A stretch of DNA of 64,000 bases from Eledone cirrhosa (Eukaryota). The stretch is taken from the NCBI GenBank assembly GCA_964016885.1, contig OZ024746.1:74648001-74712000 (forward strand). Reading direction: 5' to 3'. The first letter of the stretch is position 1. The number at the start of each line of letters is the position of its first letter. Below the pieces are notes generated by a model that made no database searches, was not told the DNA's origin, and worked only from the letters and a program-made list of their open reading frames with translations. This document shows, in pieces, positions 1 through 14,229 of this stretch. Position numbers and translations under genes: made by a program.

Positions 1-129
1 TAAAATAGTCCCTAGCATGTGATTGGTATTTTATTTTATCTACCTCTGAAGGATGAAAGGTAAAGTTAACCTCGGTGTGATTTGAATTACGCTCTGATGA
101 TTCTTCTGCTCTACAGATGTTTCAAAATA

Positions 130-310
130 AGGGTTTCTATTTTAGGCAGAACAGAAATTTTGGCAAATGGGATACTCGATTATATCGACTTCAGAATTAT
201 GAAAGACAAAGTTGACATCAGGGGGATTTGAACCGAGAAAGTATAAATTTGTAACTCAATACCGCAAAGCATTTTATCCGACGCTCTAACGATTCAGCCA
301 ATCAACCACC
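130..310 (-). mobile_element. Diverged copy of main Pol III SINE family (SINE-A); another partial copy at ~20-90
   Basis: Matches the reverse of the family core (gaaagacaaagttgacatcagggggatttgaac) seen in intact copies such as 42972-43150. Confidence 0.7.
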
Positions 311-1096
311 CAACAGATATTTAAAAATATATAACAAAAACTATAGGGATCCTATTGTTCACTTCCTTACCACGTGGTTCTAGTTACGATCCCTCTGCAA
401 AGAATTTTAGACAAGTTTCTACTTTTGCGGCCTGGGTTTGACCAGTAGCTATTGAGTAAATTCTATACAACGTATCTTACTTTTTCTTAGCTATCTCCCT
501 TACAATATGATAATAGTTAGGTACGACATTGTAACGAGTATCTTGTGTTTCTTTAATGGTTGTGTTAGTCCAATTCACACCTATTATCTTATCGATACAA
601 ATATACACATCATAGATATAATTCTTCAGATATACTCTCTGGGGTCCAGACGTTTATATGAGGTGAAGATCTCTTTGTACTGAACGAATTTTCAAGTGTA
701 AATAACCAGCTGCACTTTTATGCAAATCTACACACTTTTTTGTTCCGACTCAATACAAATCCCACAGGAGTCAAGAGTACTTTCTATTCCTCGACATGAA
801 GGCATAAACCGATTTATTAGCGGTCTATTCAATATTTATTCCTGTACTTAAAAGATTTTAACCTAGACTAAGCAAAACGTATAGTTATGGCGCTCGTACT
901 CACCGACCTAATCCACATTATCATCGTCATCATCGTTATTACCATCATCATTATCATCATCATCATTACCATCATCATCATTATCAACATCATAATCATC
1001 CTTACCATCTACCTCGCCGTGCCACCGTCACCAGTCGCTCCACCGTCACTGTCGCTCCACTGTCAACATCGCGCCGCCGTCACCATCGCGCCGCCG

Positions 1097-1145
<49 letters not shown>

Positions 1146-1389
1146 ATATGAGTTTCTTTTTCGTCGTCTTTTTCTGCATTCTTCTTTTGTATTATTATCA
1201 TATAGCCCCAATATTCATCCTATTAAAGTTAAGTATTTGTAAACCCATTTCTTGTGGAAGGGATCTTTCATTAGTCAAACTAGCAGAAAAACCACTGTTC
1301 GGGTGGTTTTCTGCTAGCATGTGTAGTGTGTATATTGATATTATACGCAAGTATATATACATGTAGATATGATACGTCAAATAAAATCG

Positions 1390-1880
1390 TAATTTACAAT
1401 ATATAATACATAGAAATTGAACGAAGACTGCGTTACCCTTATGTAATCAGTAACGTAATCCATGATACATTAAAAAAGACGATATTATATATAAACTGCA
1501 TTAGGAGAAAATTAGTGACAGAAAATTAGCGATGGCCAACCGGAAGTGTTGACATTTCAGAAATTTTAAAGAAGTGAATCTTTAAATAAACAAAATATAT
1601 TTAATGAACAGCCACGAAATTTAGTAGATAAATTACATGCTTTCCAGCATAGTTACGTCCCTTTACGATCTGAGTTCAAATCCCGCCGAGGTTGACTTTG
1701 CCTTTCATCCTTACGGGGTCGATAAAATAACGTACCAGTAATGCACTGGTTATTTGCTGGCCTTGTGCCTAAAGTAGAAACAATTATTTATTCAAAGTAA
1801 TCCAACTTATTTTACAAACGGGATAAAAAAAATAAAAAAATCGTAGGCAATCCGCAGACCTTCCTTTATTATAGTTTAGA
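1390..1880 (-). mobile_element. Helitron-like 5' fragment interrupted by a SINE
   Basis: Minus strand starts A|TCTAAACTATAATAAAGG at 1880. It shares the block aaccggaagtgttgacattt..aaatttt with the Helitron at 21775-21825. No 3' end found. Confidence 0.5.
1637..1786 (+). mobile_element. SINE-A, 5'-truncated
   Basis: B box GAGTTCAAATCCC, family core and 3' end agtagaaacaattat. Confidence 0.9.
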
Positions 1881-3360
1881 TGGCCTACCTGCTACCAACA
1901 CCTGCACAAATTGTTTGGTAAACCGTGACTGATGAAACAATCGTTTACGTCACCACCATGTAAATAAGAAAACATACACTGCCATGCGCCTCTGTAGCAA
2001 TAACAACATTAACAATATGAGCAACAACAATAATAACAACAACAACCACAACATCAGTGATTATGCATCCCAGTCGTGTAGACAAGAAACCTACACTAGC
2101 ATGCGTCACAGTATCAATAACAACATTAATAATATCTACAACAACAAAAATATCAACTACAACATCAATGTCTATTAAAATTAATAAGAATGACAGCAAC
2201 GAAGCAAATAAAATACATTGTTTTGCTTATTCTGTGAATCAGGTGAATCATTCGCTCGAGAGTAATGTAGAAACTATAAAAAATACAAATGTGATATAAT
2301 ACGCTCTGGGGCATGAATATCACCGAAAAAGAAAGACTTGTTTTGGAGATCAGTAGATGCCATACTCTACTCCAGTGTAAAGAAAAAATTGAATGAATGC
2401 GGGGTTTGGCCTGTAATCTGTTAAAAAGAATGAGATGAGTAGCAAAGGAGGTGGCTATGTGCAACAGTGAGCAGGATGTCCGATCATTGGCCCTAACAAA
2501 TGAGAGCACAGCGCCTTGATCCACTGTCACTACGAACACCCCAGCAACATCATCAACTACTGCAGTAGCTATGATGACAACAGGATCTGCTACATACATA
2601 CACAAGAAGGTTCCCGGTGACATGTCCTAACAAAATCAAAGGCTGGAAGAAACACCATATCCAGTGTTAATATCCTCCTATTCCTAGTATGAGGAAGAGG
2701 CCATGAACAACTTGAAAGCATCTATAAACGAATCGATGGGGCTGAATAGAGTGGGAAGGAAAAAAGTAATGGTCTGTCACCCAAGAGACGTAAATGTGGC
2801 AGCACTACATCTAACTAAAACAAAAAAAAAAAACGAATAGCCAAACATACAAGATAACATATCAAAAAATAAAATGAATAGAATGGCAACGACCACCACT
2901 TCACATCCAACAGGTTGACGTATTTCTTTGAAAGTGAAGTCAGGGCTATCTATGACAACCTCCACCACATGCGATGCATTATACTGTTGTTTAGGAAATG
3001 ATATGAGTTTCGGTGGGGCGCTCAACAATTTCATTAAGTCGATTACGTAGAGCTATGTTGATCATGGCTACCTGGTGGCTTTCCAAACAGCTGTCCGTTT
3101 CTGTCCAAACTGTTACTCTTCGAAACGTATATCACCATTCCTTTTTCCCGTATGTTTTAGCGCTGATATGTGTATGGAATTGTCCCAATGTGTCATGGGT
3201 GTGGAGTTTGGAGACTAAGTAGCATCTCCATCAAGATAGAACATTTTGTTGTGGTGTCAGACACTCCGGATACTGCAAATTCTATTTGCAGTTGAATGAA
3301 GATGGGGGAATATATTGTTAGTGGTGATAGTGATGGAAGTGATGATGGATGTTGTAGCAA

Positions 3361-3404
<44 letters not shown>

Positions 3405-4459
3405 ATTAGAGGAACAAAATGATGACATTGCAGAAGTTATCAGGAGTGTGTGTGTAATTATTTAATGGTCTCGTCTTCTTCCGTTCTGAGAATTCGAAAC
3501 CTCGCCTGAGTCCACGTTGGTTCCCATTTCTTTCTGGACAACGTGGGGAGATGAGATAAGCTTATTTAAAATTAATACCATTATCATAGAGGAATCGATT
3601 CAAATGTGTGGTCTAGTAAACTTACTATGTACACTTACTATGAGTAATATATAAAATACATATATAAGCACCTGCAGTAGTTGTAATAATCGTTGCGCTT
3701 AATATTATTGTTGTTGTTGTTGTTACTGTTGTAATGTTATTATATGTGTGGCTGCTATATATTCCTTTTCATAGTTTTATTACTGGTTTATAAATTATAC
3801 CTATATAATACTATCTTATACATTTATTACTTTATATTTTGCTTACTATTTTGAAGGGTGTGAGAGACAAGATTAATTATTACTTTATTTTTCTATCATT
3901 AATTCCATCCTTCTACCCTTTATAAGCCTTTCTACCTTTTTTATTGTTGTTATTCCTCTTGTTATTGTTGCAGTTGTCTTTTCTTGAAATATTTCAGAAA
4001 AATATATTTAAAATGTTCAAATACCCACACTTCTATTCTATCACCTAAAAATAACAATAATAATACTAAATAACTGGATAATTGATCTTGCTGTTTCTTT
4101 CTTAAAGAAGCAGACGTATGGAATTTAGTTATACCTCTATTGCAGGTGCAAGGTGATTAGAATCTTGTGCCGATTGCAGGCTTCATGCCGTTTGATGTTA
4201 TCTCCGAACTAACTACTAGTCAGCTAATAGTAAAAACTTGATGGAATAAAAGCAACATTGTACTGTGCCTAATACAGACTACAGCCATCAATCCAGGCAG
4301 CCAACCACGTTTTAACCCAGCCAGCCACCCATCTAACCACTTCGTGACTGAAAATATTTAATAGATAATTGAAAATGAAATAAAGTGGTAGGAATTTCAT
4401 ATTTAACAATTATCGCTTTTAATAATAAAAATAAAACAAAAACAACAATAATAATAATG

Positions 4460-4606
4460 GTTTCTTATATAGACACAAGGACGGCAATTTTTTTAGGGGG
4501 GGGGGGGGACGATTAAATAAACCACAGTACGTTACTGGTACTTTATTTTATCGACCCCTTAAGGATGAAAGGCAGGATTTGAACTCAGAATGTAATGGAC
4601 GTAATA
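4460..4606 (-). mobile_element. SINE-A, diverged and internally deleted
   Basis: Contains ttactggtactttattttatcgacccc...ggatttgaactcag. Confidence 0.75.
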
Positions 4607-4646
4607 CTATATATATATATATGTATATACCTTTATATATATGTAA

Positions 4647-4701
<55 letters not shown>

Positions 4702-4703
<2 letters not shown>

Positions 4704-5248
4704 TAAGTACAGTGAATTTTTATTTATTTATTTTGAAGCTTTTTCTTATTTGCTAAACCTTGATTATATATGTTCTGGCTCGTTAATTTATTAACCTGCC
4801 ATTGAACCACATTGGCATATGGTTGGATAAAACATGTGTTCCTATTCGTTTTTTGCGTTTAGGGATATATACCTTATTATTATTAATCTCCCCCTGGTCG
4901 AGATGAAATCTGGTCATTTTGACTACTGCTATTTATAGTGGTAGTAGACTGACCTCCCTGCCTCTGCTTCTATCTTTACACACGGCACTGGACAGAATTG
5001 CTTCCACATCATTCATTCTCATCTCGGGAACAATTTTGAATAGCGCCAGTTCGTAATTTGAACTCGGGAATTTTATATTCTCCGAATGAAAAGAACCTTC
5101 TGACGAGAGTTTATCTTTTCAATGGAAGCCCGTAAGGACATTCCATTTATTTTTGAGACTCGAAACCGATTCGGTAAAGGTAACCATAGTAAGTACAGTG
5201 AATTTTTTGAAATTTATTTTGAAACTTTTCCTTATTTGCTAAACCTTG

Positions 5249-5256
<8 letters not shown>
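4702..5256 (+). mobile_element. HHR-bearing Penelope-like/retrozyme-like insert with ~65 bp terminal direct repeat in (TA)n
   Basis: Direct repeat 4703-4770 / 5189-5256 (period ~486 bp), (TA)n on both flanks, complete hammerhead just upstream of the second repeat. Confidence 0.75.
5095..5181 (+). ncRNA. Type I hammerhead ribozyme, canonical core
   Basis: ACCTT-CTGACGA-GAGT..(long stem II)..ACTC-GAAA-CCG att CGGT-A|AAGGT. All three stems pair; GUA cleavage triplet. Confidence 0.85.
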
Positions 5257-5298
<42 letters not shown>

Positions 5299-5924
5299 TT
5301 TATATATATATATATATGTGTGTGTGTTTTTATGTGTGTATATGTGTTTATGTGTGTGTTTATGGTTGCGCGTAAGTGTGTGAGTGAGTATGTGTGTTTT
5401 TTTGTGTTTTTTTAGGTGGGTTTTTTTTTGTTTTTCTGTTTTTTTGTTTTTTTGGGGTTTTCTTGTTTTTTTGTGAATGTGTCTGTTGATTTGGCATATT
5501 GTTGATTAGTTTAAGAGAAGTTCGAAGATAATAGTAAGATATGCACTCAGTATTTTGAATCTGTCTGCAGAATTCCCTAGACCTTTGTCACTTAGCAGAA
5601 CTTAATGACTTTAGCTTTTAAAGAATCTCCCTTTTCTTTAATTCTATCGAGCATGAATGACCCCCCACTGATTTTATAGACACCTGCTAGCTTAAGAGAA
5701 ACTTATTGACAAGGAATGGTATGCCTTCCGGAACCTGTTTATAGAATTCTGTCTGCCTTTGTTACTCTAAAAACATAAATAAATATAAATTAACTATAGC
5801 TATGTAGAATTAGCTTTTAATGAATTCCCTTCTCTATCAACCAATGACCTGCACCCATCCCACTCCCCACCCTCTCCTACCACTTGTAGAGACCTATAAA
5901 TACCATATTTATTTTTTGATACCC

Positions 5925-5975
5925 AGATTCCTGATGATTTCTTATGAATGAAACAGTTCTAGTCCTGTAGAATCT
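5925..5975 (+). ncRNA. Type I hammerhead ribozyme, short stem II with U-U closing mismatch
   Basis: AGATTC-CTGATGA-t TTC ttat GAA t-GAAA-CAG ttctagtc CTGT-A|GAATCT, about 15 bp upstream of (TA)n. Confidence 0.7.
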
Positions 5976-5987
5976 CATCTATATTAA

Positions 5988-6028
<41 letters not shown>

Positions 6029-6030
6029 TT

Positions 6031-6061
<31 letters not shown>

Positions 6062-6174
6062 ATATATATATGTATATATATATATATATGTATATATTTA
6101 TATATACATATATATATGTATATATATATATATTTAGATATGTATACATACATATATATATATATATGTATACT

Positions 6175-6365
<191 letters not shown>

Positions 6366-6541
6366 TTATATATATAAATACATATATATATATATACATA
6401 TATATATACATACATATGTATATATACATATTTATATACATATATATTTATAAATACCCATTTATGTATATATATATATGTATATATATATGTATATATA
6501 TATATATATATGTGTGCGTGTGTGTGTGTGTTTATGTTCAT

Positions 6542-6715
6542 TTGGCAGTATCGGTAGACGGTCGGACATGCTTTCTAGCATAGAGTTACGTCCCTTTACG
6601 ACCTGAGTTCAAATCCCGCCGAGGTTAACTTTGCCTTTCATCCTTACGGGGTCGATAAAATAAAGTACCAGTAATGGGTAATTGCTGGCCTTGTGCCAAA
6701 AGTAGAAACAATTAT
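6542..6715 (+). mobile_element. SINE-A near full length
   Basis: A box TGGCAGTATCGG, B box GAGTTCAAATCC, family core and tail. Confidence 0.92.
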
Positions 6716-7619
6716 TTACATGAACAAGATTGACATGCGCAGCCGCGTTGGAAGTGGTATTATGACTGGAATGAAAATCAGTGCTCCAAAAACTGAGACA
6801 CTTGTCCTCTCAAGGAAACCTGCGCAGTGCACTCTACATGTGCATCATATTCCACTGTATTATTTAGAGATCGGTAGAGGGTCGGACGCCATGCTTTCCA
6901 GCATAGTTACGTCCCTTTACGATCTGAGTTCAAATCCCGCCGAGGTTGACTTTGCGTTTCATCCTTACGGGGTCGATAAAATAAAGTACCAGTGATGCAG
7001 TGGGTAATTGCTGGCCTTGTGCCTAAAGTAGAAACAATTATTTAGAGAAGTTCATGTATATTGGGGCCGTGTTCACAAGTGATGGATGCAGGAGGCTGAT
7101 TTAAGTGCAAAAATTACAAAGGTGTGTGCGGTGATGTGTCAGCTTCAGCATTTAGTAATAAGGGAGGTAGGTGTTAAAGCTAAACTCTTTATCCTCATTT
7201 CGTTTTTCGTGCCAAATCTACCCTATGGTCATGAACCTTGGGTAAAGACCGAAACAATACGATCGCGAATACAAGCGGCCTAAATGGGATTTCTCCAAAG
7301 GGTCATTGGGGCAAGGTTACTCGATAAAGTGCGTAACTCGGAGATCAGAAATTGACCTCAGGTAGCGCCGCTACTTCTCCGAATGGAGAGATCAGAGCTT
7401 CGATACTGGCATGTGGTTATAATGTCTCAGGAAAGAATCGCTGGACCAATTTTGCGGACAAACCACCCGGCAAGAGACCCAGGGATAGACCCAGAGCACG
7501 ATGGATAATATCCAAGAGCTTGGCATGTTACGCTTGGAGATCCAACAGGATCAGTTGGAGACGGTTGCTTCTGACAGGAGCCGCTGGAGGGAGTGGAATA
7601 AGTGGACGAAGAAGAAGAA
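6716..7619 (+). mobile_element. Decayed RTE-clade LINE 3' part, interrupted by SINE-A, short (AAG)n tail
   Basis: Peptides GMKISAPKTETLVLSRK, YGHEPWV..IRSRIQAA and GKRPRDRPRARW are typical RTE RT-downstream motifs. Homologous to 19170-20053. Confidence 0.85.
6869..7040 (+). mobile_element. SINE-A nested in RTE LINE
   Basis: Family sequence flanked by target duplication attatttagaga (6859-6870 / 7037-7048). Confidence 0.92.
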
Positions 7620-7744
7620 TATATACATATACATATATACATGTACATATATATATATATATACACATATATATATATACATGATATGTTGATTTAAAAC
7701 TGCACTATCCACAAGTGTTTTTAACCTTCATATCATGTCTTCCT

Positions 7745-7813
7745 ATTTTATCTGATGAAAACACAAATGTTATTGCATGATGATATTTGTTTTTGAAAGG
7801 CGCATAATAAAAT
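7745..7813 (+). ncRNA. Hammerhead motif, same family as the 22293-22616 palindrome
   Basis: ATTTTAT-CTGATGA-long AT-rich stem II-GAAA-g GCGC ATA|ATAAAAT, with one stem III substitution relative to the 22511 copy. Insert spans ~7683-7850. Confidence 0.7.
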
Positions 7814-7858
7814 ACATGGAACTCATTTAACCATCTTTTGATCTTATATATTATATAT

Positions 7859-7908
<50 letters not shown>

Positions 7909-8150
7909 TCATATATATATATATTTACATTCATATAAATTATTGATTTATTGATATTTTATCTGAGTGACCCGAATCTTCCTGGTCGTTATTTTTCGGC
8001 TGCATGGGTGATTTTAGGCATAATCTTTGTGTGTTGGTATTTTAACGATAGTTATAGCTCTGATTTATCTGAATTATTGAGCCCTCTGCCACTCATGTCG
8101 GATTTGTTTATCGTAAATTCGTGAGCTGATTTTCCGATACTCGATTATTC

Positions 8151-8244
<94 letters not shown>

Positions 8245-8521
8245 TAGGGTGTGCTAATAAAACCCAACTCGGATCCAGCTGTCGATACGGCCGGAGTTCA
8301 GCCGTCGGGGTTCGGAATCATTTCACGTATATATATATATATATATATATATATTTAGCTTCCCGTCCCACGTAAAATGTGTAAATCAGGGGCTAGTTGA
8401 GAGATAGAGTCCTATCGGTTGCCAGTTAATCGCTTTACCGTGTCGGTTGTCACAAACAGTCATGACCGGCATAGGTCGATGTTTGGATTCAGTCGATCGA
8501 TTGGTTATTGATTAGGCGATA

Positions 8522-8605
8522 CCCGCTGATGAAGCCGCATAAGCCGATTGTGCATTGTTGCATAATATATGCAGACAGATGATGCGGCAGAAACTCGAGT
8601 CCGGG
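8522..8605 (+). ncRNA. Type I hammerhead ribozyme with palindromic stem III
   Basis: CCCG-CTGATGA-a GCCGCAT..ATGCGGC a-GAAAC TCGA GTC|CGGG, inside a ~400 bp insert (8355-8752) bounded by (TA)n. Confidence 0.82.
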
Positions 8606-8750
8606 ATTCTTATAGGCACCCGTTTTACGTGTGTTGTGTTGAGGCAAATAACTATGTGTATACTCTGGTAATGTATCTTACATTGCCCGTTGAGTGCGCT
8701 GAGATACGACCGGTACTGGCATTGATAAATATGCTGGGTCCGTCAACCCT

Positions 8751-8792
<42 letters not shown>

Positions 8793-8796
<4 letters not shown>

Positions 8797-8970
8797 CATG
8801 ATGGTGACGAATTCAACTACTTAAGCAGAAAGCTTTTAAACATGCCTTGTGACAAAATGAATTCTGGTGTGTTTGACGGGTCACAGATTAGGCTGCTATT
8901 GCAGGACGAATTAGTTTTGGAGACACGTCTGACTTTCAAAAGGAAACCTAGAATCGTTTTATTGTCATTT
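8793..8970 (+). pseudogene. DNA transposase fragment (FDGxQIR motif, possibly Sola-like)
   Basis: FNYLSRKLLNMPCDKMNSGVFDGSQIRLLLQDE resembles the 'F.YL..KF..LS..K.K.GIFDGPQIR.L..D' motif of an invertebrate transposase family. Superfamily uncertain. Confidence 0.55.
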
Positions 8971-9328
8971 TGATTGATTTCGCTTAAAATAGGGAGTCGT
9001 CAATTTATGAAGAACATATGCAGAACCAGAAATAAAATAAGAAAGTGAGAAAGAAGTAAGAATAATATATAGAAGAGGAATTGTACCGAACTGTAGACAT
9101 CCACGTCAAAATATTATATCTGTGCAGTTTGTACTCAGGGAATGTAAAGAGAGGGAACCAATACTCAAAGTGTTCTATCTGACTTCATATCGACTCTGGT
9201 AATTCGTAACCACGAATTGTGGATTCAGTCCCTCGGTTCGGAAGCTGGGACAAAGTCTTCCACTATAGGTTCGCGCTGGCCAATATTTCTGCAAGGAATA
9301 TGGTTGGGTTAAAATGCGGAAGGCTGTA

Positions 9329-9375
<47 letters not shown>

Positions 9376-9476
9376 TATATTTATTTATTTATTTATTTAT
9401 ATTAGGTCAAATATGAATTTTGTAGGAATTTGTTTATTTACTATAAATATCTACAAATGTTATACTTGACGACAAG

Positions 9477-9554
<78 letters not shown>

Positions 9555-9768
9555 ATGTTTCGAGTTATGCATTTATATACTCAAGAAAAGGGAGAGGTAT
9601 ATATGTATGCATATATACATAAACATACTTTCCAGTTATATAATAAAATATTTAAAACATTCCGTGAGTTTCGTAATTATAGACGATAAAATGCAAAAAA
9701 TATTTATCACATCAAAAAATATCCCCGACTTTTACATATACCCAGAACTTATAAATGTTTCTCAAATA

Positions 9769-9841
<73 letters not shown>

Positions 9842-9877
9842 GTGTGTGTGTGTGTATATATATATATATACATATAT

Positions 9878-9987
<110 letters not shown>

Positions 9988-9988
9988 G

Positions 9989-10020
<32 letters not shown>

Positions 10021-10616
10021 CATACATACATTTATTCGCACACATCAATCTTGATGCGTCTCACACACTGGATTCATTTGAATGCGTTGCGGTTTGGTTG
10101 GCCAAAAAATAAACCCCGAAAATCAACAAGAAACAATCCAAAATAATAACAATATGTAATATAACAGAAATGAATAATAACAAGAAAAACAATAGATGTT
10201 ATTGGAGAAAACACAAGACACTGCAGAGAACGAAAGGAGCTTATCAGAGAAAATATGTGAAAATGATTCGTTTAATGAAAGCAATTTTCTAAAATCAATT
10301 AATTCTGTCTTTGAAAATATCTTCCAAATTCATTCATTCTCCTATTTAGAATGTCTTTTACTAAGGCAGGCTGCCATTACTTTTCACCATCATAATTCTT
10401 TCACCAGCAACAGAAGGGAAATTAACTTATTGCAAAACTGTAAAGAATATATATAGACAGGGAAAATGGCGTATAAAAATGGGCATAAGAAAGAACTAAG
10501 AAAAGAGTAACAACACAAAAATCAAGCAAAATTCTGTTATATTGATATTGTTATTAATGTTATTATTATTTTTATTGTTGTTGTTGTTGTTGTCATTATT
10601 ATTATTTTATTATTAC

Positions 10617-10665
<49 letters not shown>

Positions 10666-10667
10666 AT

Positions 10668-10711
<44 letters not shown>

Positions 10712-10986
10712 GTAATATTGATATTGTTGTTGCCGCTTATTTTATGATTTGTTTATCTATTTACCTCTCGTCATGTCTTGTCTCAGCTGCCATTTGTTTT
10801 TGTTTGTTTGTTTGTTTGTTTGTATACATTAATTTTCCATAAATAGCCGTTCTTACAGGCGTATTATTATCATTATTTTTATTATTGTTGTTGTTGTTGT
10901 TGTTGTTACAGTTGTTCATGTTGATATAGGAGTTCTTGTCGTTATAATGAACATTACTATTATTGTTGTTGTTGTTGTTTTTGTTA

Positions 10987-11035
<49 letters not shown>

Positions 11036-11419
11036 GTGTAATGTGAATTATATTATTTATTATTGTTTAATACTGGGTGGTATTGTTTATGATATTGATA
11101 TTTAACGCTATTTTCTTGTTGTTTTTTTTTTGCTTTTATGCTTATTGTCATTAATATTTTTGTTGTTGATTTTGTTGTTGTGAATATTATTTCTTTAAAA
11201 GGATGTCTTACTGTTTATGACATGAGAAACTATGATAATAATCTATATATCGTTTAGGGTGGAATCTGCCGCAAACATAGAAATGTAGACATACACACAC
11301 ATAGATGGACATAGACATATATACACATAATGAGAAGCAAGCACGTAAGAGAATTGCTAAAATCATATATAAAATCATATACAAAGAAATGTATATGTTT
11401 CTGTTATATATATATATAA

Positions 11420-11468
<49 letters not shown>

Positions 11469-11549
11469 TATATATATAAGTATATATATATGGGGTTATG
11501 TATATTCATAATATATTAATTATATCTGTATGTACGCACATACAGACAA

Positions 11550-11583
<34 letters not shown>

Positions 11584-11594
11584 TTATATGTATA

Positions 11595-11631
<37 letters not shown>

Positions 11632-11699
11632 AGAGAGAGAGAGAGAAAGAAAGAGAGATACAAATGTTTCTTGCATATATTGGTATAGTTATTTCGTCA

Positions 11700-11788
<89 letters not shown>

Positions 11789-12029
11789 ATATATATATAC
11801 ATATTTATCCACCATTATGGGGTTTTTTTTGCCAATATAATATGTGCGCTGAGTCTAGTCAGCTATTGCATCAATGTGGTATCTTTATCTTTTCAAGCAA
11901 TCGTTATTTTAAACTCTGTTACGTGTCATGATTCCATTTTTTGGCGCTGTGACGTACACATACACATACACATATGTATATGCTTACAGCTATATTCACA
12001 GCATATCCGTTTACCTTCATGCCTCTATA

Positions 12030-12123
<94 letters not shown>

Positions 12124-12200
12124 TGTATGTGTGTGCTGCGCGTCTCTGTGTGTTTGTGCGTGTCTATATCTATATATATATATATATGTATATATGTCTG

Positions 12201-12235
<35 letters not shown>

Positions 12236-12504
12236 ATATATGTATATATATATTTATATATATAAATATATATATATATGTATGTATATAATATTTATGT
12301 ATATATATTTATTCATACATATATCTATATAAATAGGCACACACACATGCACACACACACACACACATACACGCACACACGCACACACACACACACACAC
12401 ACACGCGCGCGCGCGCATGCATATATATGTATATATATAGAGAGAGAGTGAGAGAATAAGAAAAAGTGGAGTAGTTTCAGATGTTAAAGTCCTTTAATGA
12501 TAAT

Positions 12505-12578
12505 GCTGTGATACATATTTCAATGACGACAGTGGCCACACAGTTCAGTGCGCCAGTGCCGTGACATCATCAGACAGC
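12505..12578 (-). ncRNA. Type I hammerhead ribozyme
   Basis: Minus strand: GCTGT-CTGATGA-t..ACGGCA..TGGC..GCCA..TGTCGT..t-GAAAT ATGT ATC|ACAGC. Insert ~12455-12672 lies between microsatellites. Confidence 0.75.
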
Positions 12579-12784
12579 TTGTTACATAATAAGGTTATGT
12601 TTCCGAGGTAATCCAAAGACATGGGAACGGAGAAAGCGGGTGCTCTTGGGTTCTTCGCCCGTTCCCCTGTGAGTATATATATATATATATATACATATTT
12701 GTCTGTTTATGTTTTCTGTATATGTTTGAAAATATGTATTTATTTGTTTATATACGTGTGCCTACGGAAATTCATGAAATATAT

Positions 12785-12967
12785 AATTGTTTCTACTTTA
12801 GGCACAAGGCCAGCAATTACCCAGTACATTACTGGTACTTTATTTTATCGAACCCGTAAGGATGAAAGGCAAAGTTAACCTCGACGGGATTTGAACTCAG
12901 ACCGTAAAGGGACGTAACTATGCTGGAAAGCATGGCGTCCGACACTGCACCGATACTGCCAATTCAC
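12785..12967 (-). mobile_element. SINE-A full length
   Basis: Complete reverse-complement family sequence; short TSD tatataat. Confidence 0.92.
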
Positions 12968-13544
12968 TATATAATGATATTCTTTTGATTTTGTAGTTGT
13001 ACAAATTCAGCTCATATTTCTTCCATGTTCCATTTCCTTATTGTTTTCCACTCAGAAAATCGGTTCATTCTTCATCATCATCATCACTATTATCATCAGC
13101 ATTATCATCATCATCATCATCATAATCATCAACTCTACTACCACCAGCATTATTATCATCGCAATTGTCGTCGTCATAATCCCCACCATCACCAACATCA
13201 TCATCACAATAATAAACACCACCAATGCCATGACCAATATCCCTTTTAATTTAATCGGTTTTTGTTTCTGCCATGAAATGACTCGATTCCACATTCGTTT
13301 TGACTGGATTTGAGTATGTCATTAGCCTCACATAATCATCCTATATTCTCATTCATATAATTGCTATGTACTTTCCTTTGTATGAAAACGCTTTCTTTTT
13401 AATACTTGATGTTAGTAAAAGTTTGGTTGTTTTTTTGGCGTTTTTGCTGTTCTTTGTGATGTTACATTTGCATACAGTTGTTATTGCTATTAGTTTTGTT
13501 TGCATTTAGCAAAGTCAAGTCTATTTGCACAATAAAGGAACGCG

Positions 13545-13745
13545 AAACATATTCTGCTAGAACAGACCTTTGATTAAAGATCTTCCGCCCGAGTCAATTT
13601 AGTCTATGCTTAATGCAGAATGTATCCAGTTCTTCATTATCTTAAACACACATATACTTACTTTAGTTTTTCGATGGGTAAGGTTTGATTTGAGGGATAT
13701 ATTTGGCTGTTATTTCTAACATAAAATGACCGCATAGAAGTTTCC
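13545..13745. repeat. Second interspersed repeat family (ctgctagaaatagcagccaaa-type)
   Basis: Diverged copies also at ~31255-31455, 32660-32800, 44700-44880, 47950-48060, 49355-49500 and 54600-54690. Confidence 0.5.
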
Positions 13746-13807
13746 TCTTTATAGTGTCAATGTACACCTCACTGGGTAGCGGTTCTCTTCAAATAGTTAA
13801 TCCTAAA

Positions 13808-13993
13808 ATAATTGTTTCTACTTTAGGCACAAGGCCAGCAATTACCCAGTACATTACTGGTACTTTATTTTATCGACACCGTAAGGATGAAAGGCAAAGT
13901 TAACCTCGGCAGGATTTGAACTCAGATTGTAAAGGGACGTAACTATGCTAGAAAGCATGGCGTCCAACCCTCTACCGATACTGCCAATTCACC
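13808..13993 (-). mobile_element. SINE-A full length
   Basis: Complete family sequence. Confidence 0.92.
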
Positions 13994-14045
13994 AATGTTA
14001 TCGTTTACCAATGTGTGATTATCTCTGCTTATATTTCATCAAAAT

Positions 14046-14229
14046 AATTGTTTCTACTTTTGGCACAAGGCCAGCAATTACCCAGTGCATTACTGGTACT
14101 TTATTTTATTGACCCCGTAAGGATGAAAGGCAAAGTGAACCTCGGCGGGATTTGAACTCAGATCGTAAAGGGACGTAACTATGCTGGAAAGCATAGCGTC
14201 CGTCTCTCTACCGATACTGCCAATCCACC
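14046..14229 (-). mobile_element. SINE-A full length with long TSD
   Basis: Flanked by tatttcatcaaaataat on both sides. Confidence 0.93.

Noticed and set aside
887-1366. 159 aa hydrophobic ORF
   Set aside because: Built from (ATC)n and low-complexity repeats.
90-1950. Isolated CTGATGA/CTGAAGA heptamers (94, 623-, 1929; also 24328, 30109, 33288, 53094)
   Set aside because: No downstream GAAA with a paired stem II; expected by chance.
12481-12668. Possible exon between tttcag and gtgagt
   Set aside because: No convincing reading frame; better explained as a minus-strand hammerhead insert.
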